Origin: Candidatus Saccharimonadota bacterium
GTDB lineage: Bacteria > Patescibacteriota > Saccharimonadia > Saccharimonadales > Saccharimonadaceae
Direction: 5' to 3'
Assembly (NCBI GenBank): GCA_039920285.1
Contig: JBDSDX010000001.1
Span: forward strand, 690,001 to 722,000
Length of the DNA: 32,000 bases
Below are positions 7,468 through 16,240 of this stretch, piece by piece. Below the pieces are notes generated by a model. That model worked only from the letters and a program-made list of their open reading frames with translations. It ran no database searches and had not been told where the DNA came from. The position numbers and the translations under genes were made by a program. How positions within the stretch are numbered: position 1 is the stretch's first letter; every line of letters begins with the position of its first letter.

Positions 7468-8517
7468 ATGAGCGACGCGACTGAATCAACACAGCCAATC
7501 GACCTGAAACAAGGTGTCGGTGACATCTTAGCCCTCATTGAACAAGAGCGTGAACGCGAGATCATTACTCGTCGTTTTGGTCTCTATGACCGCCGTGAAA
7601 CACTTGAACAAATCGGTGAACTCCTTGGTATCACTCGTGAACGCGTTCGTCAGCTTGAAAAAGCAATTCTTATCCGTCTTAAAATTGCTGCCGAAGAAGG
7701 CAAGACCGAAGTCGTCACTGGCCTCGAGAAAACTTTCATCCGCACCCTCAGTGAAATGGGTCGTGTCGCTCGTATCCAAGACCTCGCCGACACACTCTAC
7801 GGCCGAGCAACCAACCAACAGGAACGTGCTCACGTTGCCTTTATTGCCACCCTTGCGCCTGGCCTGACTGTTATTGACGAAAACGACAATTACTTCGGTT
7901 CAGTCGGCATCGCTGAATACGGCGACGAAAAGAAAGTCAAAGCTCGCGTTGACGAAATCGTCAGTATCATCAAAGCCAACGGCGAACCGATGAGTATCGA
8001 CCAACTTCATGACAAACTCAGCTACGAACATCCTTCACACGTTAGTGCACTTGCCAGTATTAGCAAGCAGCTCGCACACCTCAAAGACAGTTGGGGACTC
8101 ACGAAATGGCCAACGGTTAACCCGAAGAATATCCGTGACAAAATCTATGTCATTCTATCAGACAACAAGAAGCCATTACACTTCTCAGACATCGCAAAAG
8201 CGATCAAAGACAGTAGTTTTAAGCGTAAAGACGTCACCACCCAAGCCATTCACAACGAACTTATTAAAGACAAACGCTTTGTCCTCATCGGCCGCGGTAT
8301 TTATGCCCTCGACAACTGGGGTTACAGCAAGGGAACCGTCTCTGACATCATCTCTCAAGTTCTTAAAGACTCAAGCGAACCATTGCACCGCGACGAAATC
8401 GTCAAACGTGTATTGAAGAGCCGCCAAGTGAAAGAAACCACTATTTTGCTTAATCTTCAAAGCAAACCTCAGTTCAAGCGCGTCGCAAAAGCGACCTACA
8501 CACTCGACGTTAAGTAA
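7468..8517 (+). CDS. sigma-70 region 4 HTH protein with C-terminal HARE-HTH-like repeats
   Basis: ATG 7468 is preceded by GGGAGGAAG. ETLEQIGELLGITRERVRQLEKAILIRLK is a region-4 HTH. Two clear HARE-HTH/delta-subunit-like modules follow, plus one weaker (for example KPLHFSDIAKAIKD...RFVLIGRGIYALDNWGY). No sigma region 2 was seen. Confidence 0.8.
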   Translation: MSDATESTQPIDLKQGVGDILALIEQEREREIITRRFGLYDRRETLEQIGELLGITRERVRQLEKAILIRLKIAAEEGKTEVVTGLEKTFIRTLSEMGRVARIQDLADTLYGRATNQQERAHVAFIATLAPGLTVIDENDNYFGSVGIAEYGDEKKVKARVDEIVSIIKANGEPMSIDQLHDKLSYEHPSHVSALASISKQLAHLKDSWGLTKWPTVNPKNIRDKIYVILSDNKKPLHFSDIAKAIKDSSFKRKDVTTQAIHNELIKDKRFVLIGRGIYALDNWGYSKGTVSDIISQVLKDSSEPLHRDEIVKRVLKSRQVKETTILLNLQSKPQFKRVAKATYTLDVK

Positions 8518-8525
8518 TTTTACTC

Positions 8526-9158
8526 ATGACCACACCTGTACACCCGGACTATCGGGAAATAGACACGCCCTGGGAACCTCAGCCAATCGCTTGGCGCTAT
8601 CTTTCGGCTGATACGATGCCGCAAAGTCGGATTGGTTCGATCAGTCGAATCGACGCTCGTGCGAACCTCGTCACTCAAATAGAGAACCGGCACTTAACCC
8701 ATATCGTTCGAGAAGTTGATGTCTCTGCGAACCTCCTTCGAGAAGTCGAACATCCGTTTGCTACCATCGTTTCGAGTCTCGTCGAGGTTAACGAGCAGTT
8801 TCGTCAACTTGAAGCCTTCACCTCCTTAAAAGTAGCGTCGACTGATTGGCATGTGTTTCCAGACCCTGAAGGGCGCATTCGCACACTGGCACGAGTCGAG
8901 ATTATCGATCCAGCCCCTCACATCTATCCCCGTAATTCATTTCGCTCAACTGACCCCGAGCGAGAAGCACGATACGCAGCACTACGCTCACAATTAAAAA
9001 TCTACCGACGACATAGTGTTGGTCAGCCCCTCGATGATATCGATCGTCCCGCTCAATACGTTTTTGGAACTCCACGCAGTCAAAAGGGAAGTCCACTCGC
9101 TCATCAAGCGATGTATTTGGTTGATATCGAGCCCTTCTTAACACAAGGGGGAGTGTAA
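8526..9158 (+). CDS. hypothetical protein ORF-F (210 aa)
   Basis: It starts 8 nt after the sigma-like gene stop with no SD, consistent with operonic coupling. No motif recognised. Confidence 0.65.
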   Translation: MTTPVHPDYREIDTPWEPQPIAWRYLSADTMPQSRIGSISRIDARANLVTQIENRHLTHIVREVDVSANLLREVEHPFATIVSSLVEVNEQFRQLEAFTSLKVASTDWHVFPDPEGRIRTLARVEIIDPAPHIYPRNSFRSTDPEREARYAALRSQLKIYRRHSVGQPLDDIDRPAQYVFGTPRSQKGSPLAHQAMYLVDIEPFLTQGGV

Positions 9159-9179
9159 CGTTGCCAATCTGTCCTCGAG

Positions 9180-11819
9180 GTGAGAGAATATAACATAGAC
9201 ATTATGAGTATTATAGGCGCTATTATTAATTTCTTACTGCAATGGTATGTGTGGGTGCCTATCGTGCTCCTTCTCGGATTCTTAACGTGGCGCAATTGGC
9301 GCAAAGTCGAAGCGGTAAACGAAGTCGAAAGTGATCTTCTGATCCTTGAGATTCCAAAGACCAACGACAAGCAAGAGCTCGCCGCTGAACAGCTGTTTGC
9401 CAGCCTTCACGGTATCCTTAGAGACCGCAACGAGCTTCGCAGTAATAACGGCTTTCAAGAACACCTCAGCTTCGAGGTGGCGTCAGTGAGTGGGCAGATC
9501 CGTTTCTATGCGTGGGTACCAAAAACACTTCGTAGTTTCGTTGAAAGCCAAATATATTCACAGTACCCAACTGTACAAATCCTCGATGCCGAAGAAGACT
9601 ACGTTACTCACGAACGGGATCATACCGTCTACCATACTGCCGAGATTACCCTGACAGACAATGAAGTCCTTCCTATTAAGACATTCCAAAGCTTCGAAGT
9701 TGACCCGTTGGCCGGTATTACCGGCACACTAGCCAAACTCGAAACCGGTGAAGAGATCTGGATTCAAATCCTTGCGAAGCCAATTGCCGACGATTGGCAC
9801 AAGTCATCTGAACACTGGATCAAGGGTGTCAAAAGTGGTCAAACCACCTTCAGTAAAAGTGGCTATTCATGGATTAGCAATATCCTCCAGGCACTTTGGA
9901 AACCACCTGAAGAAGCAAAAGCTGGCACAAGCGCACCGAAAGAACTGTCTGAGCGAGATAAAACTCGTATTTCTGAATCCGAAAAGAAGGCAACTAAGCT
10001 CGGTTATCGAGTCAAGATCCGACTCGCGTACCTCGGTAATGACACCACGACTGCCCGTCAGCGTATGCAGGCTATTGTCGGAACATTCAAGCAATATAAC
10101 AGCACCAACTTGAATGGTTTTAAGGTAAACGGCGCGAGCTTTAGAAAAGAAGATCTGATCAAATACCGCCAACGACTCTTTGGTCGTGGCTCATTTATTT
10201 TGAATATTGAAGAACTCGCCAGTGTCTTCCACTTGCCGCACACCAACGTTGAAACACCGAACATCGTCTGGGCTTCTTCAAAGACTGCCGAACCACCAGC
10301 GAAGCTCCCGATCATCACCGGAAACACAGCGATTGATGAAAATATCAGCGCTTTTGGTCTAACAAACTTCCGCGGTATCAACCACCAATTCGGTATGCTC
10401 CGTAGTGACCGTTCACGTCACGTCTACGTCATTGGTCAAACAGGTGCTGGTAAAACAGGAACACTTGAGCTATTTGCACTCAGCGATATTTTCCATGGTC
10501 ACGGCTATGCCATCATCGACCCGCACGGTGACTTTGCGGTGAATAACATGCGCTTTATCCCTGGAAGTCGCCTGGACGACGTTGTCTACTTCAACCCAGC
10601 CGACACGGCATACCCACTCGGTTTCAACCCACTAGAGGTCACTGACCCAGCTCACAAAACGAACATTAGCTCTGAAGTCATCGGCGTTCTGAAGCGTATG
10701 TTTGGCGAGTCATGGGGACCACGTTTGGAATACATTCTACGTTACACTATCCTGGCACTCCTTGATCGTCCAACAACGACCATGCTCGACATTACTCGTA
10801 TGCTGACTGATAAAAAGTTCCGTAACGAAACCCTCGACTACTGTACCGATACCGTCGTCTTGAACTTCTGGAAAATTGAATTTGCTAGTTGGAATGAGAA
10901 GTTTCAATCTGAAGCTATTGCGCCGGTCCTTAATAAAGTCGGAGCCTTCACAGCCAACCCAGTTATCCGTAATATTATCGGACAACCGCAATCGACCTTT
11001 AATATTCGCGAGATCATGGACCAAGGTAAAATCTTGATCGTGAACCTCTCAAAGGGACTTATCGGTGAAGACAACGCCGCTATTCTCGGTGCATTTATGG
11101 TCACTAAAATTCAACTCGCCGCCATGAGCCGAAGTGATATCCCGAATGTTGAAGATCGCCGCCCATTCTATCTCTATGTCGACGAATTCCAGAACTTCGC
11201 TACTGATTCATTCGCTACTATCTTGTCTGAAGCACGTAAGTATGGCCTCAACCTGACTGTCGCCAACCAATACATCTCACAGATGACTGAGACTGTCCGT
11301 GACGCCGTTTTTGGTAACGTTGGAACAATGATCTCCTTCCGTGTTTCTGCTGACGATGCGCCGATCCTATCAAAGCAATTCGAGCCTCAGTTTGAGCCAC
11401 AAGATCTTCTCCAGATGCACAACCGTCACTTCATCATCAACATGGTGATTGCAGGTGAAAAAGCTCCTGCCTTTAGTGCCACCACTCTGACACTTCCTCC
11501 AGAACAGATTGATAACAGTGGTCGCATTATTGAAAATACTCGTCGCCACTACAGCCGTAGTCGTGCAGAGGTAGAAGAAGAGATTTCCACCGCCATTAAA
11601 ATACCTCAGAATCTCCAGGCGATGCAAAAACCAGTCCAATCATCAACCCAAGCAGCACAGTGGCCAATTGACGCTGGTGCCAAGGCCGTTGAACAAGTCA
11701 TCACTCCTCCAGAGCAGGGGAGTGAAGAGGTGAAACCAAAGCGAAAACGAACACGATCACGCCGCAAAAAAACCACCGATGGTGCAGCACCACAGGAGCA
11801 ACCAGCTAAGAATGAATAA
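9180..11819 (+). CDS. membrane-anchored TraD/VirD4-like (type IV coupling protein/HerA-FtsK superfamily) ATPase
   Basis: N-terminal TM segment IIGAIINFLLQWYVWVPIVLLLGFL. Walker A GQTGAGKTG, IIDPHGD, Walker B FYLYVDEFQNF, and SEARKYGLNLTVANQYISQ. Basic C-terminal tail KPKRKRTRSRRKK. The start is uncertain (GTG 9180 or ATG 9204). Confidence 0.85.
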   Translation: MREYNIDIMSIIGAIINFLLQWYVWVPIVLLLGFLTWRNWRKVEAVNEVESDLLILEIPKTNDKQELAAEQLFASLHGILRDRNELRSNNGFQEHLSFEVASVSGQIRFYAWVPKTLRSFVESQIYSQYPTVQILDAEEDYVTHERDHTVYHTAEITLTDNEVLPIKTFQSFEVDPLAGITGTLAKLETGEEIWIQILAKPIADDWHKSSEHWIKGVKSGQTTFSKSGYSWISNILQALWKPPEEAKAGTSAPKELSERDKTRISESEKKATKLGYRVKIRLAYLGNDTTTARQRMQAIVGTFKQYNSTNLNGFKVNGASFRKEDLIKYRQRLFGRGSFILNIEELASVFHLPHTNVETPNIVWASSKTAEPPAKLPIITGNTAIDENISAFGLTNFRGINHQFGMLRSDRSRHVYVIGQTGAGKTGTLELFALSDIFHGHGYAIIDPHGDFAVNNMRFIPGSRLDDVVYFNPADTAYPLGFNPLEVTDPAHKTNISSEVIGVLKRMFGESWGPRLEYILRYTILALLDRPTTTMLDITRMLTDKKFRNETLDYCTDTVVLNFWKIEFASWNEKFQSEAIAPVLNKVGAFTANPVIRNIIGQPQSTFNIREIMDQGKILIVNLSKGLIGEDNAAILGAFMVTKIQLAAMSRSDIPNVEDRRPFYLYVDEFQNFATDSFATILSEARKYGLNLTVANQYISQMTETVRDAVFGNVGTMISFRVSADDAPILSKQFEPQFEPQDLLQMHNRHFIINMVIAGEKAPAFSATTLTLPPEQIDNSGRIIENTRRHYSRSRAEVEEEISTAIKIPQNLQAMQKPVQSSTQAAQWPIDAGAKAVEQVITPPEQGSEEVKPKRKRTRSRRKKTTDGAAPQEQPAKNE

Positions 11820-12339
11820 CTCCGGAACTTTCCGGGGTGGGGAAGGACTAACGGAATTATTTCCGGGTGTCTTTCATACGCTTGATTTCGATAACCCTGA
11901 TTTTCACGACGGAAGATTTATTCATTTTGATGATACCTATGCCATGGCTGCAGAGCTTGGCTATATCGATAAAGTCGGTGGCTACGCCATTAAGGCGATT
12001 CATAATGGAACGGTCGAAATTGGACAACACCCACTGCCTGGTGAGCCTCGTCCCTTTGTCAGTATCGGCTCACGGTTAATCGATTGGCAGATCGCGCCTC
12101 GAGATCACACACCCGAAGGCCGCACGAAGCGTCGTCGGCTATTCTACGCCAATGATCGCGTAGCGACTGCATTCTATGACCATCTCGTCCCAACATGGAA
12201 GACATCGACTGCAACGATGCAATTCGATGTCATTGAGGCATTACTGAAAGCAAGGGGAGTTGATCGTCACTCACCCAAACGAGTCCACGACACTCACATA
12301 CATGATATGCGCGAACAAAATAAAACCGAACAAAAATAG
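11812..12339 (+). CDS. hypothetical protein ORF-G (175 aa)
   Basis: ATG 11812 overlaps the ATPase stop by 8 nt (AATGAATAA), implying translational coupling. No motif recognised. Confidence 0.6.
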   Translation: MNNSGTFRGGEGLTELFPGVFHTLDFDNPDFHDGRFIHFDDTYAMAAELGYIDKVGGYAIKAIHNGTVEIGQHPLPGEPRPFVSIGSRLIDWQIAPRDHTPEGRTKRRRLFYANDRVATAFYDHLVPTWKTSTATMQFDVIEALLKARGVDRHSPKRVHDTHIHDMREQNKTEQK

Positions 12340-12347
12340 AACAATGG
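12328..12347 (+). repeat. 20-nt direct repeat, left copy (GAACAAAAATAGAACAATGG)
   Basis: 19 of 20 identical to 12875-12894, with a perfect 16-mer. It overlaps the ORF-G stop codon. Confidence 0.7.
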
Positions 12348-12738
12348 ATATGACGAGATTATTAACATAAAACTATAAACGCCAGTATCATGGCCAACGA
12401 AAACGAGTGTGCATAGCTTGGTAGTAGGGCATGCATAAAAAAAATAGAAAATGAGTGGGATATAGAACGCAAAAGAATGGATACGTAACCACAAAGCAAA
12501 CATAGTTCTTACGTCGCACAATATATCTTTTACGACATTAATCATATGTTTAATAGATGATTACTCATGCGTCTATTACTCCCCGAGAGAGTAGTGTTTA
12601 TCAGTTGTTATACTCACGCGCACATGTTTGTATATATATTTCTCGTTAACTACTGTGTGTTTACTACTATCTATATAGTGGCCTTGGTCTATAGTCGTGT
12701 TGTATTTAATGTCGCATTCTAATGCCTGCATACCTAAG

Positions 12739-12747
12739 TTATCCACA
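12739..12747 (+). promoter_or_regulatory. perfect DnaA box (TTATCCACA)
   Basis: Exact 9-mer consensus inside the AT-rich gap. A 7-of-9 box (GTAACCACA) lies at 12485-12493. Confidence 0.35.
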
Positions 12748-12874
12748 CCTAGCCACGGTATGCGCTGGCTGCGTGAAAAGATTTTCACTCCCCCTATTCT
12801 CCTCTCCTACCCCATTGTTTGACATATTCGCATTTGTATATTTTTATATAGTTTTTTTACAAACAAAAGATTAA

Positions 12875-12894
12875 GAACAAAAATAGAACATTGG
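12875..12894 (+). repeat. 20-nt direct repeat, right copy (GAACAAAAATAGAACATTGG)
   Basis: Partner of 12328-12347. The pair brackets a ~527-bp AT-rich segment. Confidence 0.7.
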
Positions 12895-12955
12895 GTGAGT
12901 GAGGTGAGGGAGAGAGAGGAGCCTTTTTACTGACAACGCCCACACTCTGACCAGC

Positions 12956-13867
12956 CTATAGATAGACTGCGCGGCCACTCACGCGTACATCAACGTACTC
13001 TGCGCTTTGACCTTTGCTCGTTAAGAATCGTAATGACCGAACCGTATCCTCAACCTGCTCCCCCGCTCCCCTGTCGATCGATAATTTTACAAGCGGCTGC
13101 ACATCCTTAAATCGAATCTCTAGTTGACGCGTCGTTCCAACAGGTAGTATGGCCTGGGTAACCTCATATCCACTCCCCTTCGCAAGCGCCACTACCCTTC
13201 CCACAAAGCTCAACAGGCGCGCGCTTGCCACTGCGCTTCCCTGCTCTGGAGAAATGCCACTTTCATCAATGATCTGAACGGTCGGTGTCTGATAATAATT
13301 CTTCTCAAAAACAATGCCTTGGTCGTCGACGTAGTACTGCTTGTCATTGATCTGCCAGCCCGCGACTGGTTGTCGGAAAGTAATGATAAACTTCGTTTCA
13401 ACGAGGTGAGTCGAGCCGTTTTGAGTAATGCGGCTCACTTCAGGTACCGCTGCGGCAGCATAGCTACTAAGGTCTTTTTGATCGAGCGCAAAACGGAATC
13501 GCGAGGCAGGATGCACCCCTAGATAATCATTGATAACTTTTTCATATCTGGTGCTATCAATAGCAGTCGTGACCGCCGTTGATGAACCAGCAATCACCAC
13601 ACGAGCTGTCAGTTGTGTGATAACGAGTACTAGCAATGTAATAGCAATCACTACGAGCAGGAAGATGCCGGTGAGCTTACGCCTTTGGTTGGTCAAGTGG
13701 TGTACTTTAGAGCGCGGTGAATGGCTTGGATCCATTGGATCACGACGGACGCCACTGAGTGTCCGATTACGTCGAAACTGGCTCCCGCGATCAACGCTGG
13801 AACTTGGTTCAGGTGTTGCCAACCGTCGGCTGGGAACGCTCGGCTTTTTGTTGCGAGAGAACATCAT
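12956..13867 (-). CDS. ftsQ: cell division protein FtsQ/DivIB-like
   Basis: Basic disordered N-terminus, one TM segment (LTGIFLLVVIAITLLVLVITQL), then a POTRA/FtsQ-type periplasmic domain. It sits after murG, the usual dcw position. Confidence 0.8.
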   Translation of the reverse strand: MMFSRNKKPSVPSRRLATPEPSSSVDRGSQFRRNRTLSGVRRDPMDPSHSPRSKVHHLTNQRRKLTGIFLLVVIAITLLVLVITQLTARVVIAGSSTAVTTAIDSTRYEKVINDYLGVHPASRFRFALDQKDLSSYAAAAVPEVSRITQNGSTHLVETKFIITFRQPVAGWQINDKQYYVDDQGIVFEKNYYQTPTVQIIDESGISPEQGSAVASARLLSFVGRVVALAKGSGYEVTQAILPVGTTRQLEIRFKDVQPLVKLSIDRGAGEQVEDTVRSLRFLTSKGQSAEYVDVRVSGRAVYL

Positions 13868-13886
13868 CGTTATGCTTTATTATAGC

Positions 13887-15035
13887 TTACTTAGCAGCTG
13901 CCAGGATCATTGTTGCCATATCTTTCGCAGCATGAGGTTTCGAGAAAGTTTCGAAGCGTTTTGCCATCGATGCGGCTTGTTTTGGATCTTCAATAAATTG
14001 CTGGACACATTCGACAAGTAGATGCGGATTTTGCACCATAGCTTCTTCATTCAGCACCACAACAGCATTAGCCTCATGATATACCGCAGCATTCTTCAAT
14101 TGATGCCCTCCCGTAAGTTTGGCGTTCGGAATCAAGATCGTGGGCTTCTGTAATGCCGCGAGTTCCAAGATAGTGGTCGCACCGGCGCGAGTCACCACAA
14201 CATCCGCCGCACCCAGGAGTGAATCCATATTGGTGACAAACGGATACAGCTGAAAATGTTCACTGTCTTTTGGCATGATTGAACGGAGTTCATCGTACTG
14301 CCCTGCTCCTGCTACCAATACAACGGCACCGTATTGTTGTAATGGGCGCAACACTTCTGCGACGGTATCGTTAATACGTTTTGCTCCAAGGCCACCACCT
14401 GTCACGACAATGAGTGGTCGAGCAGGATCCATCCCCCACTCCTTTTTTGCGGTTTTCTGTTCAGAGGCCGTAAACGGACGAAAATTAACACTAATAGGAA
14501 TACCGATGTACTTCGATCGACTCTTTGGATATGAATAATACTCAAGTGGTGCACCGGTTGCAATCGAGGTCGCCCATTTTGATAAGACACGATTTGTCAG
14601 ACCAGGGTGTGCATCGGAGTCGTGAATGACCAGCGGAATTCGCAGAATTCGAGCTGCCAAACCAACCGGTAAGCATACATAGCCTCCCTTAGTGAATACG
14701 ACATCTGGTCGCCACACAATAAGCTTAAAGAAACTTTGAATAAACCCAATGCCCGCGAAAAATACGTCACGGAGATTTTGCAATACCAACGAGCCCCACG
14801 TCAGCTGTTGAAACCAGGTCAAATGGTTGTAACGGCGGAATTTACCGGCCACAATCGTGTGTACTGGAATCGATGCATCAAATGCTTCGACGATTGATCG
14901 AGCCTGGGGAGCAAACTTCGTATCGCACCAAAAGCGAAGTTCCGCTTTAGGTTTGCGTTCTCGAATTTCTCTAAGAACCGCTACGACTGGCGTAACGTGT
15001 CCGCCCGACCCGCCGCCCACTGCCAAGATTCGCAT
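13887..15035 (-). CDS. murG: UDP-N-acetylglucosamine:lipid I GlcNAc transferase MurG
   Basis: MRILAVGGGSGGHVTPV G-loop, VVTGGGLGA, and TRAGATTILELAALQKPTILIP. SD AAAGGAG lies 8 nt upstream. Confidence 0.95.
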   Translation of the reverse strand: MRILAVGGGSGGHVTPVVAVLREIRERKPKAELRFWCDTKFAPQARSIVEAFDASIPVHTIVAGKFRRYNHLTWFQQLTWGSLVLQNLRDVFFAGIGFIQSFFKLIVWRPDVVFTKGGYVCLPVGLAARILRIPLVIHDSDAHPGLTNRVLSKWATSIATGAPLEYYSYPKSRSKYIGIPISVNFRPFTASEQKTAKKEWGMDPARPLIVVTGGGLGAKRINDTVAEVLRPLQQYGAVVLVAGAGQYDELRSIMPKDSEHFQLYPFVTNMDSLLGAADVVVTRAGATTILELAALQKPTILIPNAKLTGGHQLKNAAVYHEANAVVVLNEEAMVQNPHLLVECVQQFIEDPKQAASMAKRFETFSKPHAAKDMATMILAAAK

Positions 15036-16239
15036 CTGAGGTCTCCTTTATACGTGATGAATGGATAGTATATCGTGAAAGTTGGAACACCAGTCCGAGT
15101 GCTGCCGTGATGAAGATCATACTGGTGCCACCGAAACTGAGGAGTGGCAAGGTGATTCCCGTCAGTGGGAAAATTCCAATCATTGCCGCTATATTAAGGA
15201 TAACATGCGCGCCAAACCAACCAAAGACACCGGCGACAAGAAGTTTGAGACGAATATCCACCAAATGATCCATCACCTTCAGTAATCGTAGTAAAAGCGC
15301 CACAAATATGGCCATGAGGATGATTAACCCGATAAACCCAAAAGTCTCACCGAGAATCGCAAATACGGAGTCGTTAATCGCTTCAGGAAGATAACCGGTC
15401 GCTTGAATGCTATTACCAATACCTACACCGAACAAAAATCCTGATCCAATAGCGATCTTAGCGTGTTGGATGTGATAACTCCCCGCATCATCAACGGAGC
15501 TACTATCTCCCTGTAAATATGTCGCGATACGATCGACACGGTGTGGTGCACTGACGATAAAGATCGCTCCGACAACGAGCACAATACCAGCCACGGTAAT
15601 ACCGATCTTCTTGCTGAGTCCTGCCATAAAAAGCATCGTCAACACAATCGCAGTTAACGCGATACCTGTTCCGAGATCCTTTTGAATAACCACAATAAAT
15701 AGCAATGCAATGGCAGTGACAACACCGGTGGGAATAAGGCTCTTCTTAACATCATTCACATTCCCTTCCTTTACACGAGCACCAAGGAAGACAGCAAGAT
15801 ACAGCAATAGTCCAAACTTTAGAATCTCAGCTGGTTGCAAACTACCAAAGATACCAAGATTAAACCAACGACTCGCTCCGTTGACCTGTTCAGCAATACC
15901 AAGATGAGCTACCGAAGCCAGCCACAGTAGTGCACAGGCTGCCAGCCCTATAACTAATACCTTCATGCCATGTTTCACGACAAATTTATATGGCAAACTC
16001 GCCATAATCGCAAAAGCCACCAAGGCAAGCATCAAACTAGTGGTCTGTTTAACGAAAAAATAGGTGTCAGAGAAATTACTGCCAATGGCGTTATTGAGCA
16101 CGTTGGCACGTTGCGGCCCAATGGCATAGATGATCACCAGCCCAATCAACATCAAAATGCCGGTGTACAAAAGGATCATATAGTCAGGGCGGTGTCGCCT
16201 GACGACATCAGTCGTCCGTTCGTGCCCCCCAGCGCGCAT
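14971..16239 (-). CDS. ftsW: SEDS-family lipid II polymerase/flippase FtsW
   Basis: About 10 TM segments with SEDS-like loops (PAEILKFGLLLYLA; GVGIGNS). It lies between mraY and murG. The 3' tail overlaps murG by 65 nt. Confidence 0.93.
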   Translation of the reverse strand: MRAGGHERTTDVVRRHRPDYMILLYTGILMLIGLVIIYAIGPQRANVLNNAIGSNFSDTYFFVKQTTSLMLALVAFAIMASLPYKFVVKHGMKVLVIGLAACALLWLASVAHLGIAEQVNGASRWFNLGIFGSLQPAEILKFGLLLYLAVFLGARVKEGNVNDVKKSLIPTGVVTAIALLFIVVIQKDLGTGIALTAIVLTMLFMAGLSKKIGITVAGIVLVVGAIFIVSAPHRVDRIATYLQGDSSSVDDAGSYHIQHAKIAIGSGFLFGVGIGNSIQATGYLPEAINDSVFAILGETFGFIGLIILMAIFVALLLRLLKVMDHLVDIRLKLLVAGVFGWFGAHVILNIAAMIGIFPLTGITLPLLSFGGTSMIFITAALGLVFQLSRYTIHSSRIKETSDANLGSGRRVGRTRYASRSGS

Positions 16240-16240
16240 G

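Noticed and set aside
12360-12387. dif-like XerCD site. On the minus strand TTATGTTAATA matches 9 of 11 positions of the XerD arm TTATGTTAAAT.
   Set aside because: The adjacent would-be XerC arm (TACTGGCGTTT) lacks the conserved inner ATAA and the palindromic relationship to the XerD arm. A second partial match at 12544-12554 fails in the same way.
12294-12545. 83-aa minus-strand ORF in the AT-rich gap.
   Set aside because: It is an implausible Phe/Cys/Tyr-rich low-complexity translation of AT-rich DNA. It overlaps the ORF-G 3' end antisense and has no SD or promoter.
12340-12955. oriC, based on an AT-rich region plus a perfect DnaA box.
   Set aside because: There is only one perfect box and one 7-of-9 box, not a cluster. 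Flanking genes converge rather than diverge. No dnaA or dnaN is nearby in the window.
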